A stretch of 64,000 nt of DNA. It comes from Acidimicrobiaceae bacterium (GTDB taxonomy: Bacteria; Actinomycetota; Acidimicrobiia; Acidimicrobiales; Aldehydirespiratoraceae). The first letter of the stretch is position 1, and each line of letters begins with the position of its first letter. The stretch covers positions 8,565 through 72,564 of the forward strand of contig JAERSO010000076.1 in the NCBI GenBank assembly GCA_016845585.1, read 5' to 3'. The notes beneath the pieces are model-generated. The model was given only the letters and a program-made list of their open reading frames with translations. It ran no database searches and had not been told where the DNA came from. Positions 17,128 to 24,899 of this stretch are shown here, piece after piece. The translations under genes and the position numbers were made by a program.

Positions 17128-17757
17128 ATGGAACCTCGCCGAGTCGTCGCCACCCTGATCGTGGTTTGCGGCGCCGGACTCCTCGCCTGGAGCCTGATCA
17201 ACGCCGACGAAGGCTCGCCCCCATCGACCGCGACGGCAGCCGCGCCGGTGGTCGACGAGGTGGATGAGGTGGACGAGCCGACGCCACCGCCGATCCTCGG
17301 CGAGACCGACACGCTCACCGGGCTGGACGGCTGGCTCAACACCGAGGCTGAATCGTTCGAGGCGATCCGCGCCGACAATCGAGTCGTCGTCGTGCACTTC
17401 TGGACGCTCGGCTGCTTCAACTGCAAGAAGACGCTGCCGTATCTGCGCCGGCTGTACCAGGACTTCGGCGACCGTGGTCTCGAGATCGTGGGCGTACACG
17501 CACCGGAGTTCGCCTACGAGGCCGAGATCGACAACATCACTGCGGCGATCGCCGAACATCAGATCAGCTGGCCGGTCGCCCTCGACACCAACAAGCGCAA
17601 CTTCCATCGCTGGCAGGAGGGCCCGACCGCCTACTGGCCCCGTGCGTACCTCATCGATGCCGAGGGCCTGATCCGTCAGAACGAACGCGGCGACGGCCAA
17701 GCCGGCTACGACGAGCTCTACCGCAACGTCGAACTGCTCCTCGCCGAGGACACCTGA
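17128..17757 (+). CDS. TlpA-like thiol-disulfide oxidoreductase, membrane-anchored
   Basis: N-terminal TM helix (VVATLIVVCGAGLLAW), an acidic/Pro linker, and a thioredoxin fold with HFWTLGCFNCKKTLP (CxxC). ATG 17128 is preferred over the track's 17074. Confidence 0.75.
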   Translation: MEPRRVVATLIVVCGAGLLAWSLINADEGSPPSTATAAAPVVDEVDEVDEPTPPPILGETDTLTGLDGWLNTEAESFEAIRADNRVVVVHFWTLGCFNCKKTLPYLRRLYQDFGDRGLEIVGVHAPEFAYEAEIDNITAAIAEHQISWPVALDTNKRNFHRWQEGPTAYWPRAYLIDAEGLIRQNERGDGQAGYDELYRNVELLLAEDT

Positions 17758-17758
17758 C

Positions 17759-18349
17759 TTGGCGATCTTCCTCGAGGGCGTCTCCGTCGTCGTGCAGCCG
17801 TGCACGCTCGTCATCGCCTTTCCCACGTTCGCGCTCGCGCTGGTGGCTCGGCACCATGCGGCAGAGGTCGTGGCGGCGTCGGTCATCGCGACGGCGACCA
17901 TGATGTGGGCTCGCGCCGCGGGTCACTGGACATTCGCATCCACCGGATTCGCGGCGGTCGTGATCGCCACCCTGATCACCATCGGTTTCGCTCTCGTGCG
18001 CCGGCGGGGGTCTCGATCCTCGGCGATCGCCGGAGCCATCGTCAGCGGCAGCGTCGCCGGTTGGTTGTGGCAGCCCTGTGTCGGCGAAGAGCTGGGTGAG
18101 ATCCTCAACAGGGCTTCAGCCGACCGCCCGGGGACCCTCGTGATGATGGTGATCTACACGGGCGGCGCGCTCCTCCCCATGGTCGTGCTCGCTGCACTTC
18201 CCCACGCATGGCCCGCGGTACGACCACGCCTGTTCGGCCCATGGCCTGAGCGGGCCGGACTGGCGTTCGGGGCGATCTACGCGCTCGCTGTGTTGAGCGG
18301 GCAATACGGCGACCTCATCGGCGAGCTGTCCCGTTGGTCGTCGGCCTGA
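17759..18349 (+). CDS. CcdA/DsbD-like thiol-disulfide transporter membrane protein
   Basis: 196 aa and polytopic, with two xPC motifs in hydrophobic segments (VVQPCTLV, LWQPCVG). It starts (TTG) 2 nt after the redoxin stop. Confidence 0.6.
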   Translation: MAIFLEGVSVVVQPCTLVIAFPTFALALVARHHAAEVVAASVIATATMMWARAAGHWTFASTGFAAVVIATLITIGFALVRRRGSRSSAIAGAIVSGSVAGWLWQPCVGEELGEILNRASADRPGTLVMMVIYTGGALLPMVVLAALPHAWPAVRPRLFGPWPERAGLAFGAIYALAVLSGQYGDLIGELSRWSSA

Positions 18350-18947
18350 GGTCGAACCAGGGAAGCATGGTCTGTACGGCGGGGCCGATGGCGATCAGCC
18401 ACCACGCCGTCCCCCACCCGATCGTGCCACCGAGGAGGACACCGCCGACAAAGGCGAACGCCTCGATCGAGAACCGTGCCGTGCGGATGCTCAGTCCTCG
18501 GGCGGCGAGACCCGTCATCACACCGTCTCGTGGCCCAGGACCCACGTGCACGCCCAGGTACAGGGCAGAGCCGAGCCCGACGACGGCAGGGGCGGCCACG
18601 GTGAGAGCCACCCTGGTGACCGCCGATCCGGGTTCGTCGAGGAGCCACAGCGTCAGGTCGGTCGACGGACCGATGATGACCACGTTGAGCACGGTTCCGA
18701 GGCCGATGCGAACCCGCATGGCGATGACGACCACCAGCAGCACGACACCTGTCACCATCGTGGCGCCGCCGATGCTCAGCGGCGTGTGATCGGCGAAACC
18801 TTCATGAAAGACCGTCCATGGACCCTGCCCGTTCGCGCCGCGGACCACGAACCCCATGCCGCAGCCGAACAGGGCGAGTCCCGAAACCAACTGCAGAAAG
18901 CCACGCCGGTCGGTGCGAAACATTGAGCTTCGACTCGGCGGGTTCAC
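18315..18947 (-). CDS. YczE-like polytopic membrane protein
   Basis: 210 aa. LQLVSGLALFGCGMGFVVRGANGQGPWTVFHEGF resembles the YczE/YitT-type N-terminus, and there are 5-6 hydrophobic helices. Its 3' end overlaps the convergent 17759..18349 by 35 nt. Confidence 0.55.
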   Translation of the reverse strand: MNPPSRSSMFRTDRRGFLQLVSGLALFGCGMGFVVRGANGQGPWTVFHEGFADHTPLSIGGATMVTGVVLLVVVIAMRVRIGLGTVLNVVIIGPSTDLTLWLLDEPGSAVTRVALTVAAPAVVGLGSALYLGVHVGPGPRDGVMTGLAARGLSIRTARFSIEAFAFVGGVLLGGTIGWGTAWWLIAIGPAVQTMLPWFDLRPTTNGTARR

Positions 18948-18979
18948 GCCGCGAAGACAAGCGCATCCGGCCGCTCAGG

Positions 18980-20125
18980 TCAAACCGGTTCGGACACCAC
19001 CGGCTCGGGGCCCACGTATCGCGCACTCGGGCGGATGATCTTGCCGACGCCGACCTGCTCGATCACGTGGGCCGACCAGCCGATCGAGCGGCTGACGGAG
19101 AAGGTCGGGGTGAACATCGCCCGCGGGAGTCCCGCCAACTCGAGTACGACGCCGGCCCAGAATTCGACATTGGTGACGATTCGTTGATCGGGCTTCCACG
19201 CGGCGAGCGCGGCGAGGATCTCCGACTCGATGCCCGCCGCTCGGCGTACGAGATCTTCCCCCGCGTCACCGAGTGTGGCGGCCAACGTCTCGGCGGCTGC
19301 CCGGAGCACCACGCCTCGTGGGTCCTCGGCGCGGTAGACGGCGTGGCCGAACCCCATGATCTTGTCGCCGCGCTCCAGCGCGCCGGCGACCCATGCCGCA
19401 GCACGCTCGGGAGTCTCGATCTCATCGATCATCTCGATACATCGGCTCGGGGCACCACCGTGCAGCGGTCCGGTCAGCGCACCGACGGCCGCCACGAGCG
19501 ATCCGGCCATGTCCGCGCCGGTACTGGCCACCACGCGGCCGGTGAACGTGGATGCATTGAAGCCATGGTCGACGGTGGCGACGAGGTACTGCTCGACGGC
19601 TCGAGCCGCGGCACTACTCGGCATCGTGCCCGTGGCCATCCGGAGGAAGTCGGCGGCATGGCCGATTGATGGATCGGGGGCCACGGGGTCGTGCCCCAGC
19701 CGGCGGCGGTGATGCCGAGCCAGGATGGTGGGCACGACCGCGGCCAACCGGAGTGCATCGTCGTACAACTCCGCCTCGGATCGGTCGAGAGACTCGCCGC
19801 GACCCTCGCGGTCGGCAACCGCGAGGATGCCAACCCGAAGTGTGCTCATCGGGTTGACCATGCAGTCGGCGGCACTGTCGACGAGGTCGCCGACGCCATC
19901 GGGCAACGTCCGATGCACTCCGGGGTCGATCAATGCGGCGTGGGGAGGAAGAGCGCCGTTGAGCTGGAGCGTCCACACATCCTCGAGCGTTCGCTCGCGG
20001 GCGAGCTCGGCGGCATCGTGTTGGCGGTAGTGGAAGAAACCCTCCTGACCCCGCACATCCCCCAGGACGGTGTCGGCAACTGCGATCCCTTTGAGTCCGG
20101 GTGGTGCAATCAGTTCATCAGGCAT
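18980..20125 (-). CDS. citrate synthase family protein (Glu in place of the catalytic Asp)
   Basis: Has GPLHGGAPS and GFGHAVYRAEDPR (both catalytic His motifs), but TNVEFWAG where citrate synthases have PNVDFYSG. ATG 20125 (MPDELIAPPGLKGI) is preceded by GGTGGA. Confidence 0.8.
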   Translation of the reverse strand: MPDELIAPPGLKGIAVADTVLGDVRGQEGFFHYRQHDAAELARERTLEDVWTLQLNGALPPHAALIDPGVHRTLPDGVGDLVDSAADCMVNPMSTLRVGILAVADREGRGESLDRSEAELYDDALRLAAVVPTILARHHRRRLGHDPVAPDPSIGHAADFLRMATGTMPSSAAARAVEQYLVATVDHGFNASTFTGRVVASTGADMAGSLVAAVGALTGPLHGGAPSRCIEMIDEIETPERAAAWVAGALERGDKIMGFGHAVYRAEDPRGVVLRAAAETLAATLGDAGEDLVRRAAGIESEILAALAAWKPDQRIVTNVEFWAGVVLELAGLPRAMFTPTFSVSRSIGWSAHVIEQVGVGKIIRPSARYVGPEPVVSEPV

Positions 20126-20153
20126 GGTTCCACCGTGCACGACTTGCGGATAC

Positions 20154-20192
20154 ATTGACAACCTTGATCGAATCAACATTGATTGAGTCAAT
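20154..20192. promoter_or_regulatory. array of nested palindromes (TTGAT/ATCAA half-sites) in the divergent citrate-synthase promoter region
   Basis: ATTGACaaccTTGATcgaATCAAcaTTGATtgaGTCAAT. Outer inverted repeat is ATTGAC/GTCAAT; inner perfect palindromes are TTGATCGAATCAA (20164-20176) and AATCAAcaTTGATT (20171-20184). Includes TTGACA at 20155-20160. The array ends at ATG 20193. Confidence 0.45.
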
Positions 20193-21401
20193 ATGACCGT
20201 GGACGACGCTCCATCACGCATCAGTGCCGCCGAAGCCGCCAGTCGACTCGGCGTCAAACGAGAGACCATCTATGCCTATGTCAGCCGCGGCCTGCTGACA
20301 TCGGAACGCCACATCGACGGCAAGTCATCGACGTTCGACCCCGCGGAGATCGAACGCTTCCGCCGGGGCAAGAACGATCGTCGACCCGGTCGTCTCGAGG
20401 TCTCCGTCGCCTCCGCCATCACCGAGGTGACCGACGGCTCCGTGTCGTACCGCGGCCACGCGCTGGCCGACCTCGTTCGGGCCGGTCACCACTACGAGGA
20501 GATCGCCGAGTTGCTGTGGACCGGCTCGCTCGGCTTCGCCGGCGCATGGCCGACCGACGAACGGGTGCACGCTGCCGTGCAGCCCGCCGTCGACGCACTC
20601 GTCCCCACGGCCACAGCCATCGACCGGATGATGGCGGGTGTCGTGGCCGCTGCCGCGTCCGACCCCTTCCGCGACGATCGCTCCGTACACGGTGTCACCA
20701 GCAGCGGTCGCATCCTGACCAGCACGATCGTCGAGGCGCTGCCACTCGCCGCCCGGTCGGGCCGGGGCACTCAGTTGGCCGAGCGCCTGTGGCGCCGACT
20801 GGCCCGATCCGGCAGCGATCAATGGCCGCTTCTCAACCTCGCGATGGTGGTGCTGGCCGACCACGGCATGGCCACGTCCACGCTTGCCGCGCGACTGGCC
20901 GCCTCCACCCGATCCGGCCCTCACGCGATCCTGCTCGCCGGACTCGGCGCGGTGGCCGGTCCGCTTCACGGCGCCGCCAGTCGCGTGGTCCACGAGCTCT
21001 TCTCCGACGCCGAAATCCATGGCCCGGAGGCAGCGCTGGCCACGGTGATCCAGCGCGACGGCAAGGTACCCGGGATCGGTCACTTCATTCACCGCTCGAG
21101 CGATCCTCGCCACGACCTCCTGATGGACCAACTCGCCGATGCGGACCTCGATCCCCCACGGATGGACGTGGTGGCGTCCATCGTGTCGCTCACCTCGGAA
21201 CGAATCCCGGTGGCCCCCAACGTCGACCTCGCTCTGGGCGCGCTGACCTACATGGCCGACATGCCTCCCGATGCCGGCGAGGTGATCTTCGCCATCGCCC
21301 GCTCGGCCGGATGGCTGGCGCACGCGTTGGAAGAGTATGAGGAGACGCCCATCCGCTTTCGTCCCGTCGGCCGCTACGTGGCCGCACCGGAAGCACGGTA
21401 G
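20193..21401 (+). CDS. excisionase/MerR-type HTH fused to a citrate-synthase-like domain
   Basis: The N-terminus ISAAEAASRLGVKRETIYAYVSRGLL...FDPAEIERF is HTH_17-like. The citrate-synthase fold follows, with GPLHGAAS, GIGHFIHRSSDPR, APNVDLALG and ARSAGWLAHALEE. Confidence 0.8.
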   Translation: MTVDDAPSRISAAEAASRLGVKRETIYAYVSRGLLTSERHIDGKSSTFDPAEIERFRRGKNDRRPGRLEVSVASAITEVTDGSVSYRGHALADLVRAGHHYEEIAELLWTGSLGFAGAWPTDERVHAAVQPAVDALVPTATAIDRMMAGVVAAAASDPFRDDRSVHGVTSSGRILTSTIVEALPLAARSGRGTQLAERLWRRLARSGSDQWPLLNLAMVVLADHGMATSTLAARLAASTRSGPHAILLAGLGAVAGPLHGAASRVVHELFSDAEIHGPEAALATVIQRDGKVPGIGHFIHRSSDPRHDLLMDQLADADLDPPRMDVVASIVSLTSERIPVAPNVDLALGALTYMADMPPDAGEVIFAIARSAGWLAHALEEYEETPIRFRPVGRYVAAPEAR

Positions 21402-21549
21402 GGGACCTTGGCGGCCACCGCTCCGGAGCGGGTAGCCTTTTCGGACGCGGGCTGCGGGGCCCGCTCATAGCGAAGGCGGTTCCCCCTACGACCGCTTCCC
21501 CAGCGACCAGGCGCCCACTCCTGGCTGGTGCTCGCTCTGGCGTTCGCAC

Positions 21550-21828
21550 TTGCCGTCTCCGGGTGCGGCGGCGGCACCGCGTCGGACGAGGACGGCGCCG
21601 GCGCCGGCGAGCGACAGCGATGACAGCGGGAACGACGATGGTGGCGACGGTGATTCCGACGGCGCCGGGGATTCTACGCAGATGGTCGAAATCGTGGGCA
21701 CCGTCACGATTTGGGGTCGCCATGTCTCCGCCGACGCCGAACTGATCATCACCAAACTGAGCGCCCTGACCGACGACGAACTCGCCATGATCCGCACAGT
21801 TCTCAACAGCACGACGGAGGTTGGCTGA
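21550..21828 (+). CDS. hypothetical small protein; upstream part looks frame-disrupted
   Basis: Track ORF has a TTG start. Its acidic linker DSDDSGNDDGGDGDSDGAGDS is followed by a structured-looking tail QMVEIVGTVTIWGRHVSADAELIITKLSALTDDELAMIRTVL. A lipobox-bearing segment (LVLALAFALAVSGC) lies just upstream in another frame with no start codon. Confidence 0.3.
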   Translation: MPSPGAAAAPRRTRTAPAPASDSDDSGNDDGGDGDSDGAGDSTQMVEIVGTVTIWGRHVSADAELIITKLSALTDDELAMIRTVLNSTTEVG

Positions 21829-22280
21829 TGGGCGATCGTCTTGCACGACTCGCGCTCGTCCTCAGCGCCGTCGCACTCATCGCCACGGCGTGCAGCGGCG
21901 ATCCTGTCGACGAGTCCGGTGATGACGACACCATCGTCGACCTCGGCGATGACGACGACAGTGACGACGGCTCTGGCACCGGCGACCGGGGTGACTCCAG
22001 CGGGGACGACGAAAGGACCGGCGACAGTGGGTCTGGCACGGACTTCATGACCGTGTTCGGCATCCCGCCGTGGCCCTCCGTGGAGACCGACTGGTCCCCC
22101 TATGTTCGGAACGAAACCGAGTTCGGTGTCGACCAGAGCGTCGTGTTCGAGGTGCGCGACGCAACGGTCGACGAACTCGTGGCGTACTACCTGAGCGTCA
22201 TCGCTGACCTCGGGTACCTCGCCGACGACCCGCTCGAACTCGGTGGCACCATCGCCATCAACATCTCCGATCCCGAATGA
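21828..22280 (+). CDS. lipoprotein with acidic linker
   Basis: MGDRLARLALVLSAVALIATAC (lipobox IATAC), a D/S/G-rich linker, then a roughly 80-aa domain. GGAGG lies 7 nt upstream. ATG overlaps the upstream stop (TGATG). Confidence 0.6.
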   Translation: MGDRLARLALVLSAVALIATACSGDPVDESGDDDTIVDLGDDDDSDDGSGTGDRGDSSGDDERTGDSGSGTDFMTVFGIPPWPSVETDWSPYVRNETEFGVDQSVVFEVRDATVDELVAYYLSVIADLGYLADDPLELGGTIAINISDPE

Positions 22281-22648
22281 CCCTGATGCCGTCGACGCCG
22301 TTCTTCGCCCCCGCCGGCGGCGGCACCGACCCGTTCTTCCACATCCACACCAACCCCGCGTCCGATGGCTTCTTTCTGGCGTTCGAGATGTACACGGTGT
22401 GGGGCGGTGGCTGGACCGGCGAGATGGGCACGTTCCCGGTCACGCGCACCGACCCGGCGTCCAGTACGGGCATCTGCCCCTACTTCGACCCTGATGGTCC
22501 AGGTCCATTGCCTGTCCTCGGCGGCGACTTCGCCACCACGGGAGAGATCACCATCAACCAGCTGGACGGCGCCGGCTACGACATCATCGTGCACAGCCTG
22601 CTCTTCAGTGATGGCACGACATTCGGCGAATTCCAGATGACCGGCTGA
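22277..22648 (+). CDS. hypothetical protein
   Basis: 123-aa ORF with an ATGA overlap onto the preceding lipoprotein gene and good GC3 bias. No signal peptide and no recognisable family. Confidence 0.5.
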   Translation: MTLMPSTPFFAPAGGGTDPFFHIHTNPASDGFFLAFEMYTVWGGGWTGEMGTFPVTRTDPASSTGICPYFDPDGPGPLPVLGGDFATTGEITINQLDGAGYDIIVHSLLFSDGTTFGEFQMTG

Positions 22649-22685
22649 CCGACGCCGACCCGTCTCGGCCGTTCTTCCGGGGTCG

Positions 22686-23648
22686 CTAGAGAAGCTCGAT
22701 CAACCGATCGACGGCGACGGTGGGCGTCACCGTGCCGGCGGCAACGTCCGCGGCAAGGCCTTCACGAGCAGCGCGGAACTCCGGGTCGTCATCGAAATGC
22801 TCGACCAGTCGATCATGCAGCAGCGTCTGCATCCACAGCAGCGTCTGCGTACGGCGACGTTCGTCGAGTTCGCCCGACACGGCCATCGCCGCACGATGCG
22901 CCTCGATCGCCGACCAGACGTCGTCGAGCCCCGTGCCGGCCACCGCCGAGCAGGTCAGCACCGGCGGGATCCAGTTCGGTGATGCGGGCTCGACGAGGTG
23001 GAGCGCCCGTCGATAGTCGACGGCGGCCTGGTTGGCCGGCTCTGCGTTCGGACCGTCGGCCTTGTTGACAGCGAGCAGATCGGCGAGCTCGAGCACACCC
23101 TTCTTGATGCCCTGGAGTTCGTCGCCGGCGCCGGGGAGCATGAGGACGAGGAAGGTGTCGACCATGCCGTGCACGACGGTTTCGCTCTGTCCGACGCCGA
23201 CGGTCTCGACGAGCACGACGTCGTAGCCGGCCGCTTCGAGCACCACGATCGCCTCCCTGGTGGCACTGGTGACCCCGCCGAGAGTGCCCGCCGATGGCGA
23301 TGGGCGGATGAACGCGTTGTCGTCGACCGAGAGGTTCGCCATCCGCGTCTTGTCGCCGAGGATGGACCCACCCGTACGAGTGCTCGACGGGTCCACCGCG
23401 AGAACCGCGACCTTGTGCCCTGCCGTCGTCAACCGGAGCCCGAGCGCCTCGATGAACGTCGACTTGCCGACACCGGGAACCCCGGTGATTCCCACTCGAA
23501 TGGCCCCGCCCGCATGGGGCATGAGCCGATCGAGCAGCTCGGCGGCCCGCGTCCGGTGATCGGAACGGGTCGACTCGACCAGCGTGATCGCGCGCCCGAT
23601 CGCGGTGCGATCGCCGGCGAGAACCCCCGCTGTCAGTTCGTCGGTCAC
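22686..23648 (-). CDS. meaB: methylmalonyl-CoA mutase-associated GTPase (ArgK/MeaB)
   Basis: 320 aa with P-loop GVPGVGKSTF, VETVGVGQSE and NKADG. The N-terminus GDRTAIGRAITLVES is typical of MeaB. Confidence 0.9.
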   Translation of the reverse strand: MTDELTAGVLAGDRTAIGRAITLVESTRSDHRTRAAELLDRLMPHAGGAIRVGITGVPGVGKSTFIEALGLRLTTAGHKVAVLAVDPSSTRTGGSILGDKTRMANLSVDDNAFIRPSPSAGTLGGVTSATREAIVVLEAAGYDVVLVETVGVGQSETVVHGMVDTFLVLMLPGAGDELQGIKKGVLELADLLAVNKADGPNAEPANQAAVDYRRALHLVEPASPNWIPPVLTCSAVAGTGLDDVWSAIEAHRAAMAVSGELDERRRTQTLLWMQTLLHDRLVEHFDDDPEFRAAREGLAADVAAGTVTPTVAVDRLIELL

Positions 23649-23658
23649 GGTCCGAGCC

Positions 23659-23695
23659 TAGATGCAACACCTACCGGCACGGGGTCCTGCATCTA
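23659..23695. promoter_or_regulatory. 8-bp perfect inverted repeat in the meaB/Dabb divergent intergenic region
   Basis: TAGATGCA (23659-23666) ... 21 nt ... TGCATCTA (23688-23695). Confidence 0.3.
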
Positions 23696-23706
23696 CAGTG
23701 CGAGTC

Positions 23707-23997
23707 ATGATCCGCCATCACGTCATCATGGTCCTCAACGACGACGCCAAGGACATGGCGCAGCCCATCGTCGATGCCCTCCTCGAGTGGGCGCCGAGTT
23801 GCCCCGAGATCCGCGACTACACGGTCGGCATCGACCTGAACCTGGCCGACAACACCGGCGATGTCGCAGTTGTCGGGGAGTTCGATTCGGTCGAGGACTA
23901 CAAGGCGTACGCCACCAACGAAGGCCATGTGAAGATCATCACCGAGATGATCGCTCCCAACGCCGCCTCACTCATGCGGGTCCAGACCGAGTTCTGA
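23707..23997 (+). CDS. Dabb (stress-responsive alpha/beta-barrel) family protein
   Basis: 96 aa. MIRHHVIMVLNDD... and ...FDSVEDYKAYATNEGHVKII match the Dabb pattern. ATG 23707 is preferred over the track's 23662. Confidence 0.7.
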   Translation: MIRHHVIMVLNDDAKDMAQPIVDALLEWAPSCPEIRDYTVGIDLNLADNTGDVAVVGEFDSVEDYKAYATNEGHVKIITEMIAPNAASLMRVQTEF

Positions 23998-24018
23998 TCC
24001 GTCTCCACTCGCCCCGGC

Positions 24019-24066
24019 GAACTGGCGGCACATACGGTCGGAGTCCGACGGTATCTGCCGCCAGTT
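24019..24066. repeat. palindromic intergenic repeat, family B (second copy)
   Basis: GAACTGGCGGCACATACGGTCGGAgtCCGACGGTATCTGCCGCCAGTT. The left arm matches the 14691-14716 copy at about 22 of 23 positions. Confidence 0.55.
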
Positions 24067-24111
24067 GACCAGCTGAGGCATCGTGGACGGTCGTTCGGCT
24101 ACCGTCCGGCG

Positions 24112-24858
24112 ATGGATTTGGGGCTCGAAGGCAAGCGTGTACTCGTCACCGGCGCAAGCCGCGGGATCGGTATGGCGATCGCGTCGTCGTTCCTCGGCGA
24201 AGGGGCACGTGTCGCGATCTGCGCTCGTGGCGCCGACGGTTTGACCGCCACCGCCGCCGAGCTCTCTTCGCTCGGCGAGGTTCACCACCGTCCAGCCGAT
24301 ATCAGCGATCTCGTCGCAGTGGCCGACCTCGTCGACTGGGCGGAGGAGACACTCGGCGGCCTCGACATCGTCGTGTCGAATGTGAGTGCGATGGGGGGCG
24401 CCGACCTGGAGACGACGCTCGACGTCGACATCCTCGGTTCCCAGGCATTGATCCGAGCGGCGCTGGAGAAGATGGACGACCACACAGGGTCCAACGTCGT
24501 CTGCATCGGCTCGCGAGCAGCGTCGGTCGGCATCGCATGGATGCCCGCCTACGCAGCGGCAAAGGCGGCGACGGTGAGCCTGGTGAAGTCAACGGCGCTG
24601 CAAGTGGCTCGGCGAGGTATCCGGGTCAACTGTGTCTCACCCGGCGACATCCTCTTCGAAGGCGGCACCTGGGCGGACGTTCGGGACACGAACGAGAAGC
24701 TCTACAACAACATCCTTCGGGAGAACCCGTTCCGGCGGTTCGGTACGCCAGAGGAAATCGGCGACGTCGTCGCATTCGTCGCCAGCGAACGGGCCAGTTT
24801 CATGACCGGCGCGAATGTGCTCGTAGACGGCGGTGCCACCCCGAGCCTGCAGCTCTGA
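24112..24858 (+). CDS. SDR family oxidoreductase
   Basis: 248 aa with TGASRGIG, NVSAMGG and YAAAKAA (YxxxK). Confidence 0.85.
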   Translation: MDLGLEGKRVLVTGASRGIGMAIASSFLGEGARVAICARGADGLTATAAELSSLGEVHHRPADISDLVAVADLVDWAEETLGGLDIVVSNVSAMGGADLETTLDVDILGSQALIRAALEKMDDHTGSNVVCIGSRAASVGIAWMPAYAAAKAATVSLVKSTALQVARRGIRVNCVSPGDILFEGGTWADVRDTNEKLYNNILRENPFRRFGTPEEIGDVVAFVASERASFMTGANVLVDGGATPSLQL

Positions 24859-24894
24859 GAAAGCACGATGGGGTCTGTCCCCAGCGTGCTTTCT
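24857..24894. repeat. palindromic intergenic repeat, family A (terminator-like)
   Basis: GAGAAAGCACGatGGGGtctgtCCCCagCGTGCTTTCT. The outer stem is 10 bp with a nested GGGG/CCCC helix. It overlaps the SDR stop codon and ends 5 nt before the convergent gene's stop. It is 38/38 identical to 25381-25418. Confidence 0.65.
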
Positions 24895-24899
24895 GACTG

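Noticed and set aside
22277-22648. Reading 21828..22280 and 22277..22648 as one frameshifted lipoprotein
   Set aside because: Upstream of ATG 22277, the second frame translates to RRPARTRWHHRHQHLRSR, which is clearly non-coding-like. There is no hidden continuation. An ATGA-coupled separate gene is the better model.
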